Assembly: GCA_051294375.1 (NCBI GenBank)
Contig: JBJCIZ010000377.1
Coordinates: 1-11,324, forward strand
Reading direction: 5' to 3'
From: Paraspadella gotoi
Lineage: Eukaryota; Animalia; Chaetognatha
Length of the DNA stretch: 11,324 nucleotides
The first letter of the stretch is position 1. Each line of letters opens with the position of its first letter. The position numbers and the translations under genes were made by a program. This document shows positions 1-9,088 of this stretch, piece after piece. The notes beneath the pieces were generated by a model. It was not told the DNA's origin. It did not search any database and saw nothing but the letters and a program-made list of their open reading frames with translations.

Positions 1-227
1 TCTAGTTCTTACGCGTTTTCAAATATAATGGCCCTTTTCACTTCGTATCTGGAAAGAGCAACAAAAAAGTAGATTATAACTGAATCACTATTTCACATCA
101 ACAACAAAGTGACGACGAAATTGTGATCATTGATTCAAGTAAATTTATTTGAATGATTATATGAAACAATAAAATTCACCTTTATTACTTAGAAAACGTC
201 ATAATCTGAACTTGAAGTTGATTGCTT

Positions 228-228
<1 letters not shown>

Positions 229-289
<61 letters not shown>
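229..289. repeat. (CT)n microsatellite
   Basis: About 30 perfect CT units. Confidence 0.97.
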
Positions 290-292
<3 letters not shown>

Positions 293-1571
293 AAGGGAAA
301 TCGCCGTCGAAATTCTTTCTCAGTCAGATCAAAGTCCAACACCTAAATTTTTTTTCGATTTCTGAACTTTTGAGAAATGAATCAGCAGATGTCAAAGATT
401 TTAGAGCGTGAGGACTTTACAAATTGTTGTTGTTATTGTAGATATGATTTTATTAGATTCTGAACCGTCTCCTAAGCTAAAATATTACTTTTCATGCTAG
501 CAACGCAGCACAATTTTTTGTATTTTCTATAACAAGGAAAGGAACAACATAAAAAAAACGTTATTGACAAAAACCATGACGGCAACGATGATGACAGTAA
601 TAAATTTGGAAAAGAATAAAATTTCGGCAACAAAGTGACAGTCGTTGAAAAAAGTGTGGTAAACATTGACAATGTAACATTAACACCTACCAGCTCTAAC
701 ACTCTAGCTATGAGCCTCTCCCATCATTGACATTTTCCCATCACAGACCTTCTCCCAACTACGACCCCGACCCATCTTTGACCTCCTACTCCCTTTCCCC
801 TTCCCCACTTTCTTCCCTCTGGTCGCACGCCCTCCCTCGAGTCCTGAAACCGAATCTCTCCTGACCCCTTGGAAGTTGTGCAACCTCTCTCTCTCTCTNN
901 NNNNNNNNNNNNNNNNNNNNNNNNNNNNNNNNNNNNNNNNNNNNNNNNNNNNNNNNNNNNNNNNNNNNNNNNNNNNNNNNNNNNNNNNNNNNNNNNNNNN
1001 NNNNNNNNNNNNNNNNNNNNNNNNNNNNNNNNNNNNNNNNNNNNNNNNNNNNNNNNNNNNNNNNNNNNNNNNNNNNNNNNNNNNNNNNNNNNNNNNNNNN
1101 NNNNNNNNNNNNNNNNNNNNNNNNNNTTTTTTTTCTCACAAATGTAGTAAATCGCTGCAAATTTGACTCCTTGTGAATTTCGAAGTTAAAAATGTTAACA
1201 CTTTAAAATAAGAGACAAACTCGCTGTCCTACAACAAGGGCCACCCTTTTCTAATATCTTTCGCTTTTTTCTTCCGTTTTCCTATTTATTCTCCTTTTAC
1301 TTTTCTTTGCCCTCATCGTTCTGCGCCTTTCTTTTTCATTTCCCTTTCTCTCTCTCATTCCTCTTCTTTGACTTACCTCAGAAATTCCACAACGAGTCCT
1401 TTCCTTCTTTCTTTTCTTTCGATCTTCGTCAATCACTCGATCTTTACTCACCTTTCCTCGCCCTTATCATTTTCCTCCCTTTTCTCTGTCAATTACGACG
1501 TCACTATCGAAAAAACTAGATTGTTTAATAAACATGTTAAACATTCAGTATCCGATTGTTCCTCGAGCGTT

Positions 1572-1622
1572 TATTCACTCACCTTCCAGCCATTTTTCTA
1601 TTAACTCACCTTCCAGCCATTT
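1572..1622 (-). repeat. 27-bp-period tandem duplication of the FoxJ2/3 exon end and 5' splice site
   Basis: actcaccttccagccattt occurs at 1577-1595 and 1604-1622. It extends to 24 nt with 1 mismatch (1572-1595 vs 1599-1622). Confidence 0.9.
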
Positions 1623-1882
1623 CCCGCTTCCCTGTAATAAGGGAAGTTGTCCGTAATCCACTGGTAGATTTCGCTCAGCGTCATTTTTTTCTTCGGCGAC
1701 GAGTTGATAGCGAAGGTGATGAGATTGGCGTAGGAGTAAGGAGGCTTCCCGTCCTTGGGCGGCGGCGGCCCCGAGCCCGGCGGGCCGTCCATGGGCGGCA
1801 ACAGCCCCGGCGGACCGTCCGGCCCCAACGGCGGTCCCGGCAGCCGCGGCGGGCCGATCAGCGTCAATCCCGGAGGCGGCGG
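1610..1882 (-). CDS. FoxJ2/3: Forkhead box J2/3 transcription factor, coding exon with a Pro/Gly-rich segment and the N-terminal half of the forkhead domain (partial; 5' end hidden in gap 1883-2053)
   Basis: Translates [12 protein letters not shown]...[49 protein letters not shown]. From memory this is nearly identical to the vertebrate FOXJ3 forkhead start ([48 protein letters not shown]). The exon ends at AAG|GTGAGT (intron starts 1609, phase 0), the intron position before NSIRHNL typical of this Fox group. A minus-strand pyrimidine tract runs into the gap at 2054. The next exon (NSIRHNLSL...) is not visible in 1-1609. Confidence 0.93.
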
Positions 1883-2317
1883 NNNNNNNNNNNNNNNNNN
1901 NNNNNNNNNNNNNNNNNNNNNNNNNNNNNNNNNNNNNNNNNNNNNNNNNNNNNNNNNNNNNNNNNNNNNNNNNNNNNNNNNNNNNNNNNNNNNNNNNNNN
2001 NNNNNNNNNNNNNNNNNNNNNNNNNNNNNNNNNNNNNNNNNNNNNNNNNNNNNGAGAGATATTGGTCAAATTGAAAGAGAAGCGAATAGAGAGCGAGTCG
2101 ATGTCGACGAGAGATTGACGGCGTCACGACGAATAAGAGAGGAAGTGGTTGACGGAATCGCGCCCGACGAGATAGAGAGGGAGACGATGACGGCGATGAC
2201 GGCGACAGAGAGCGAGTGAATTGAAATGAAGAGAGGGAGCGAGTTGGTCGGAACGCTGGAGGAGAAAAAATGAAAGGGAGAAAGTTAGGAAGAGTAAGTG
2301 AGAGTGAAGGCGGGGGG

Positions 2318-2422
2318 AGATAGATAGATAGATAGATAGATGAGTAAAAGATAGATAGATAGATGGCTAGATAGAGAGATAGATACATAGATAGATAGAT
2401 GGCTAGATAGAGAGATAGATAC

Positions 2423-2510
<88 letters not shown>
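2318..2510. repeat. (GATA)n tetranucleotide microsatellite with an internal 36-bp higher-order duplication
   Basis: Long AGAT run; the variant block ggctagatagagagatagatacatag starts at both 2365 and 2401. Confidence 0.95.
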
Positions 2511-2615
2511 AAAAGAAAACGAGATCAAACGATAATGCCGAAAAGTGCTACAAAAAGAACCCCAAGTCATTTTTGAATTACGCAGCGAGATCTCGGTTTG
2601 TCTCTCTTTCTGTCC

Positions 2616-2685
2616 GTCAATCCCACTTATGTTTAAGTCAATCAGTTTAAGTCAGTGAGTTTATGTCAATCCCAGTTATGTTTAA
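2616..2685. repeat. Short degenerate tandem repeat (GTCA...TTTA units of 21/14/14/21 bp)
   Basis: gtcaatcccacttatgtttaa / gtcaatcagtttaa / gtcagtgagtttat / gtcaatcccagttatgtttaa. Confidence 0.75.
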
Positions 2686-2690
2686 CTGAG

Positions 2691-2860
2691 TCTTTTTTTT
2701 GGGTGATTTTGATATAAGAAAAGTTTATTTTTGTTTTCACAACGAATTTTATTAAAATTATTACCGACATTTTTCGGTCCTAGTTTCAGACCTTCAATAA
2801 TATTCGTTGTGAAAACAAAGAAAACCTTTCTCATATCAAATTCTAAACCAACAAAAAAGA
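2691..2860. repeat. Imperfect long inverted repeat (fold-back or MITE-like)
   Basis: Arms of about 65 bp (~2691-2756 and ~2793-2860) are reverse-complementary. The perfect 18-bp core tttgttttcacaacgaat (2730-2747) pairs with attcgttgtgaaaacaaa (2802-2819). No clear target-site duplication. Confidence 0.8.
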
Positions 2861-4609
2861 AAGGAAAAATATACTATTATTTGGGTAATGTCACCTAAAA
2901 AGATTGGCTTGAATATGTTTAACGCGTAATCTCCCGGAAATTCATTCCCGTGAGGAGAAAGTCAATAAGCCACAACGCCGAGTTTTTTGAAACCAACCAT
3001 TTTCACGTGACAAGATAAGTAGATGTGAATTCGTAGGAAGAAGTTAAAATTTGACACTCAACTCATTTTGTGAAAGTAAAAAAAATGGCGTCAATGATGA
3101 GAGGCACAAATTTGGTCGGAAAACGCGAAACTTAAATTAGGTTTCCTCTCTCCAAAAAAAGTTTAGAGGAAAAATAATTTTTATTTTTAGTTCATGACAA
3201 ATGTTAGTGATTATTACTCTCATAAATAATTATCTCTCGCGCCTTTCAGCGCAGAGATTTCGGGTAATATAGACGTCGTGAGAATAAAATGGATGAGTAG
3301 CAGCGTGTAATCATAATTGTTACTTACATGACACTATAAGCAACTACAACGATTAGAAACTCTTGGTTCAATTTCAGATAGACACTATGATATGTTGTTT
3401 TTAATTGGTGATTAAAACTGTGACAAGACAGGAGAACTACAAGCAATTTGCGTTTTTTTTTTTTAATTATCAAAAAAGAATTTTGTAATCGTAAAGAGCA
3501 CCGGCATTTTACCGACAACATCGGAATGACAGACACCCAGAGAGAATGGGAAATAGAAAAACGAACAGACATTCGAATGGACAGAAAAAGAAAGCTGATC
3601 AAAACACAGTCGGACGAACAGAGGCACAGAAAGATTTGTGTGATAAAGAATAGAAAGTATCAAATATGTAAACTTGTAAAGTACCCGAAATGATAGGTAA
3701 ACGTTATATAAACAATATTTAAACGACTAATAGGGAAAATTATGAAATATGAGTAAAGAAAGAAGCAACACAAAAAGAAGAAAAAAGGANNNNNNNNNNN
3801 NNNNNNNNNNNNNNNNNNNNNNNNNNNNNNNNNNNNNNNNNNNNNNNNNNNNNNNNNNNNNNNNNNNNNNNNNNNNNNNNNNNNNNNNNNNNNNNNNNNN
3901 NNNNNNNNNNNNNNNNNNNNNNNNNNNNNNNNNNNNNNNNNNNNNNNNNNNNNNNNNNNNNNNNNNNNNNNNNNNNNNNNNNNNNNNNNNNNNNNNNNNN
4001 NNNNNNNNNNNNNNNNNNNNNNNNNNNNNNNNNNTCATACTTTTTACTTCTCACACTCTATCTCATACTCTCATCATATTATCGTTAGAGGCAAAATTCG
4101 GTTACATTTTCATAATGTATCGTAAATAACATTAATAAGTGTATATATTAATGATAATACAATTAGACATTAGCTTGTTCTACTCGTTTTCTCTGCTCTT
4201 CTCAGTCCCTCGCCGCGCCCGGAACGCAAGCCTAGAGCGGCGGGGTCCCCCCGGTGTCGTCGTCGTCCGTCGTTTCTCGTCATCGTCGTAGTCGTCGTCG
4301 TCGTCTGTCCTCGTGAGCCTCATAGACGTTTTCGCCCGTTTTTTTTTCTTTCCTTTCCTCCATTTTTTGGCAAAACTCCGAATTTTCGCGGATTTTTCTT
4401 ACGTTTTTCTCGGATTTTCTCGATCTTTTTTTTCTTTTTCGCGTTAAGTTTTTTCGATCTTTTTTGTTTATTGATTGTTTTTTTTAACTTTTTAATTTTT
4501 TATTTAAATAGTTGTTGTTGTTAGTATTGAAAAGAAGCAGCAATATTCGTTTTTTTTTCGTTATTTTTCACAGACGATTTTTTTGGTGAATCCGCATTCG
4601 GCTTCTCTG

Positions 4610-4622
4610 GTTCCTTAGCAAC
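4610..4622. promoter_or_regulatory. Candidate RFX X-box (13-bp type)
   Basis: GTTCCTTAGCAAC has a strong TAGCAAC half-site and GTT...AAC dyad ends; it lies upstream of FoxJ2/3. Confidence 0.4.
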
Positions 4623-5079
4623 GACGAAAATCCGTCAAAATTTTAAAAAAAGCGAAAATTTAATTTAAGTTTAGACGCACGAAATTTATACTATTACAGA
4701 ATATTAAATGTGAGGTTTTATGGCTTCCGTACGTTAGCATGCAACGTACCAGAATTGTTTCACGTTTATTTTATTAGAATAAACGATAAGAATTGTGATA
4801 AGATTTTGCGTAGGAAAAGGGAAAGACCGAGGCTTTCTCGATCGTGCTCTCTCTCTCTCTCACTCATTCTCGCTCTCGCAGTTGGTGACTCTCTCTTGCA
4901 CTTGCTATTGGTATCACACTCTCTCTGTTTAAAAAAAAAAGATTTTTTTTGCCTGTCGAGCTCGCTCTCTCTCTTTCTCTCTCTCTCGCTCGCTCTCGCC
5001 ACCTTTCAGTTTCGGGATTCGCTTCCTCTTCCCCTCCCCGAATCTTCCTCCTCATCCTCCTCCTCCTCCTCCTCCTCCT

Positions 5080-5335
5080 TATCACGTGAAAATCGAGTTC
5101 ACTTTTAAACTGAGAACCTGTGACGATACCAGGATATAGATTTTCACCGAGTCTCTCCTCCTCTTCCTCCTCCTCTCCATCTTCCTCTTCCTCCTCCTCC
5201 TCCTCTTTTCTCCTCGGCCATGACGTCACCGGCCGCCGCGATTCGGATCTCGCGCTCTCTGGACGCGAATGCCGGCGCGCGCGAGAGCGAGAGAGCGAGG
5301 GAGAGAGAGAGAGAGAGGGACCGGAAATGGCAACT
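5080..5335. promoter_or_regulatory. CpG-rich promoter-like island with E-box, CRE and ETS motifs
   Basis: TCACGTGA (5082-5089), full palindromic CRE TGACGTCA (5221-5228), CpG-dense 5215-5290, and ACCGGAAAT (ETS, 5320-5328) overlapping ATGGCAAC. Flanked by (TCC)n and (GA)n tracts. Confidence 0.5.
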
Positions 5336-5381
5336 TTTTTTCTCTCTCTTAAGCAGAAGAGGATTAAGAGGAAGAACGTGC

Positions 5382-5383
<2 letters not shown>

Positions 5384-5438
<55 letters not shown>
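5384..5438. repeat. (GA)n microsatellite
   Basis: Perfect GA run; it produces the spurious poly-ER ORFs. Confidence 0.97.
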
Positions 5439-5441
<3 letters not shown>

Positions 5442-6924
5442 TAAATTTGTTTTTTTCTGTTTGTAACTATGAGTGCATTTGTCTATTTAGAAAACAGTCC
5501 ACGCTAATAGAATTAGAGTAACACTGAACCGTTTTGCTTAAAATGCTAAAAAATATTTTAGCTATGAAATTATAGAAATGTTTTTTTTTCCTTAACGAGT
5601 GTTAGACACAAATACGTATATTTAGAATTACCATATTAAGCCCATTGAAAAATGAATATATATACATATAATGAACATATTCAAATTGAAACAGAATTCA
5701 ACTGGTCATGACTAATCAGGATAACATTTTACGAGAAAATTTGTTAAAAACAGAAGCTGGTTTCACCTTTTAGTTTATTCTTTCATCTAAATGATTTATA
5801 AACTTGATATCTTTTAAAAAGAAACAGGTTGACCAAAAGGGACAAGTTGCGTGAAAGATTTTGGGTATCAAACGAAAGGTAATTCTACTATCGACGTCAT
5901 CAAAGCCTCTGTTTTTCTGTTTTTCTGTTTTTCTATTTTTCTTTTTTTCGCCGACGTCAGTGTCATCAGCATCAAGTTCTGTGAAAAGTCAGTGTCTTTT
6001 TAAACTCAGCCTGACATTGTTGTCATTTTATTTATTTTTTTTTTTTTTTTGTCTTTGTATTTTTGCCTCTTGTTTTCGGTGTTGATTTTCTCGGTTTCGT
6101 CGCCCAAACTGCCGTCTAGTGATTCGGATGACAAAAAATTCAGAAAGAAAAATAAATGAACTTCAATTTTATCAGATTCAGAGGATAAAGCATAAGATAT
6201 ATCTTTGTTTAGTATATGGTGTAAAAGCGTATTTTAAATTATACAGTATGTTTGTACTCTTTTTTATTTAAAAGCCAATGGGTATGTCGAGATATTATTT
6301 CATTACACACCTCAATGAAATGTCTTCACTACCATAACTTTTTCTAAGTTACTATCTGGTTTTCCTATTCGTTTTGCTTTAAATAGAGACTAAAAGAAAA
6401 AGTGTCCCTTNNNNNNNNNNNNNNNNNNNNNNNNNNNNNNNNNNNNNNNNNNNNNNNNNNNNNNNNNNNNNNNNNNNNNNNNNNNNNNNNNNNNNNNNNN
6501 NNNNNNNNNNNNNNNNNNNNNNNNNNNNNNNNNNNNNNNNNNNNNNNNNNNNNNNNNNNNNNNNNNNNCAATCCTTACATCAATGGCCCTTGGAAAAACG
6601 CACCCAATATACCCCTGCTCATACATACCAACAACTGCCCTAATGCCATAGTACTTGCTCTGTAGGCTTTCTTTTGAAATCAGTTGTATCATCAACGACG
6701 ACCGAACTTTTACAAATCACGTTTTTTCTAACGCTCCCACACTCAATTTTCGACACTGCAATATGCAAATGAGAGTGAAAAGTAGAAACAAAACTCTTCT
6801 TATAAATATACAATATTTATTTTCTAATTTCGTTTAAATCGAATCTTTTCTTTGTTTTTTTTTTTTAGATCCATTTCATTTTTCCTTCTATTCTTTTCTC
6901 ATATTTATCTCTCTACTCCTTTCT

Positions 6925-7517
6925 CCCTAACATTCTTCACTTCCTCCTNNNNNNNNNNTTTTTTTCTTTTTTAGATCCATTTCATTTTTCCTTCTATTTT
7001 TTTCTCATATTTATGTCAAGCCTCTCTACTCCTTCCTCCTTAACATTCTTCACTTACTCCTTAACATTCTTCACTNNNNNNNNNNNNNNNNNNNNNNNNN
7101 NNNNNNNNNNNNNNNNNNNNNNNNNNNNNNNNNNNNNNNNNNNNNNNNNNNNNNNNNNNNNNNNNNNNNNNNNNNNNNNNNNNNNNNNNNNNNNNNNNNN
7201 NNNNNNNNNNNNNNNNNNNNNNNNNNNNNNNNNNNNNNNNNNNNNNNNNNNNNNNNNNACTTCACTTCCTCCTTAACATTCTTCACTTCCTCCTTAACAA
7301 TCTTCTTACTCCTTAACATTCTTCACTTCTTCCTTAACATTCTTCACTTCCTCATTAACATTCTTTACTTACTCATTAACATTCTTCTTACTCCTTAACA
7401 TTCTTCACTTACTCCTTAACATNNNNNNNNNNCCTTAACATTCTTCACTTACTCCTTAACATTCTTCACTTCCTCATTAACGTTCTTCACTTCCTCCCTA
7501 ACATTCTTCACTTCCTC
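6925..7517. repeat. 21-bp minisatellite, consensus CCTTAACATTCTTCACTT(C/A)CT, interrupted by three gaps
   Basis: More than a dozen visible degenerate copies on both sides of gaps 6949-6958, 7076-7258 and 7423-7432. Confidence 0.93.
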
Positions 7518-7656
7518 TTTTTCTTTCATCTTCTTCACTTAGTTCGTTCACTCACTCCCCCCTCACCCCCCTTACTCTCCTCTCCTCCATCTCCCTGACC
7601 CAAAACCGAATTCGACCTTCGACTAAATTGTGGCTCAATTCAGGCGGAGCTTGACC

Positions 7657-7736
<80 letters not shown>

Positions 7737-7737
7737 T
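7657..7737. repeat. (CTTT)n microsatellite leading into a pyrimidine-rich tract
   Basis: About 20 CTTT units. Confidence 0.95.
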
Positions 7738-8086
7738 TTTTCTTTTGTCTTTTTATTTCTTCTATCTTTCTTTCTTTTCTTCAATTCTGTTTAGGAGTTC
7801 GTACCTAGTATGTTTTCTTCCTCCATCCTTTCTTTTTTTCCTTTTTTTACCGAATTTCTTTCTTTCTTTTCTCCTTTTTCCTTACTTCTCTTTTCCTTTT
7901 CCGCTTTTCCGTTTTATTCTTTTAAATTATCCTTTTTTTTTCTATTTTTTTTTCTGATATCTAGTCGCGTCTCTTTAAATTTCTTTCTTTGTTCCGAGTG
8001 TCTTCTTTCTTTTTCTTCTGACTCAATTAAACTGACAGCTCAGAATTATAAAATAATTAACAATTGAGCAATGGCTTTGCGAGCTG

Positions 8087-8087
<1 letters not shown>

Positions 8088-8123
<36 letters not shown>

Positions 8124-8311
8124 NNNNNNNNNNNNNNNNNNNNNNNNNNNNNNNNNNNNNNNNNNNNNNNNNNNNNNNNNNNNNNNNNNNNNNNNNNNNN
8201 NNNNNNNNNNNNNNNNNNNNNNNNNNNNNNNNNNNNNNNNNNNNNNNNNNNNNNNNNNNNNNNNNNNNNNNNNNNNNNNNNNNNNNCTCACAAAGAGAGA
8301 GAGAGAGAGAG
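8088..8311. repeat. (CT)n and (GA)n microsatellites flanking gap 8124-8286
   Basis: CT run at 8088-8123 and GA run at 8294-8311. Confidence 0.9.
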
Positions 8312-8367
8312 ATTTCATGAAATATGAAGGGCGATGGTTTTGATTCATGAGGTGAATCTGTCACTAC

Positions 8368-8580
8368 CTTCGTCGCCGTCGTCGTCGTCGTCGTCGTCGT
8401 CGTCCCTGTCCCATCAGATGGCAGTTATGGTATCGACGTCGTCATTCAACCGAGAAAGAAATATCATCGCCGCGTCTATCCATGACGCTGCCGACTCCGC
8501 CGCCGCAGCGCCGTCGACGCCGCCTAATCCCGCCGATGCTGCCGCTGAAGCCGCGTTGCAGGCGACGTTGCCAAGGTAAC
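8368..8580. other. GC/CpG-rich exon-like island of uncertain strand and function
   Basis: Sharp GC rise. The + strand has ...ccatcag|ATG (8418) to CCAAG|GTAACG (8575), reading MAVMVSTSSFNRERNIIAASIHDAADSAAAAPSTPPNPADAAAEAALQATLP. The - strand has a candidate donor AAG|GTAGTG at 8367. No recognisable homology. Confidence 0.35.
8567..8580. promoter_or_regulatory. Canonical 14-bp RFX X-box
   Basis: GTTGCCAAGGTAAC matches GTNRCC-N2-RGYAAC exactly and sits at the edge of the CpG-rich island. Confidence 0.6.
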
Positions 8581-9058
8581 GAAATTTTAGATCCAAGAAA
8601 AAAACGACGACGACAAGAGACAAAAANNNNNNNNNNNNNNNNNNNNNNNNNNNNNNNNNNNNNNNNNNNNNNNNNNNNNNNNNNNNNNNNNNNNNNNNNN
8701 NNNNNNNNNNNNNNNNNNNNNNNNNNNNNNNNNNNNNNNNNNNNNNNNNNNNNNNNNNNNNNNNNNNNNNNNNNNNNNNNNNNNNNNNNNNNNNNNNNNN
8801 NNNNNNNNNNNNNNNNNNNNNNNNNNNNNNNNNNNNNNNNNNNAACAGTGATCATTGTCCAAGACTTTAAATTGTCACCCAAATTGACTTCGAATTTAAA
8901 TTTAATCTNNNNNNNNNNACTTTAAATTGTCACCTTAATTGACTTCAAATTTAAATTTAATCTTAAAACATTGGTTAATGACTTAATCTTTTCGCCAATG
9001 ATCAGATAGTTTGCCGGTCGCCGAAACCCATTTCGGATAAAAATTAAAAAAACGTCGT

Positions 9059-9080
9059 TTTATTTCCCCGTAATTTTATT
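9059..9080 (-). terminator. Two candidate polyadenylation signals (AATAAA) of the EGF-TM gene
   Basis: TTTATT on + at 9075-9080 and 9059-9064, just downstream of the stop codon on the minus strand. The AT-rich context lowers specificity. Confidence 0.5.
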
Positions 9081-9088
9081 ATTAATTA

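Noticed and set aside
786-1166. ORFs spanning N-runs (also around 3727-4129, 6365-6695, 8023-8364 and 8442-8925)
   Set aside because: Their length comes from stop-free N gaps.
1610-1747. FoxJ1 assignment
   Set aside because: [23 protein letters not shown] and the preceding DGK fit FoxJ2/3 as I recall them; FoxJ1 has LICMAM at this position.
1556-2219. Plus-strand and alternate-frame ORFs over the FoxJ2/3 exon
   Set aside because: Shadow ORFs of a GC-rich exon extended by a gap.
3003-3284. Isolated TCACGTGAC, AAAATGGCG (YY1-like) and CGTGAGAA (CSL-like) motifs
   Set aside because: Single short matches without clustering or other support; expected by chance.
4710-5521. ORFs with poly-S, poly-E and ER/SL repeats
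   Set aside because: They are translations of (TCC)n, (CT)n and (GA)n microsatellites, with no domain or convincing splice structure.
7071-7517. KEEVKNV heptad-repeat protein or CRISPR-like array from the 21-bp repeat
   Set aside because: Variant units introduce TAA stops and frame-breaking lengths. The repeats are head-to-tail with no unique spacers, so this is a eukaryotic minisatellite.
7745-8067. Phe/Leu/Ser-rich membrane-protein-like ORFs (also 5861-6085 and 1307-1604)
   Set aside because: Compositional artefacts of T/C-rich low-complexity DNA.
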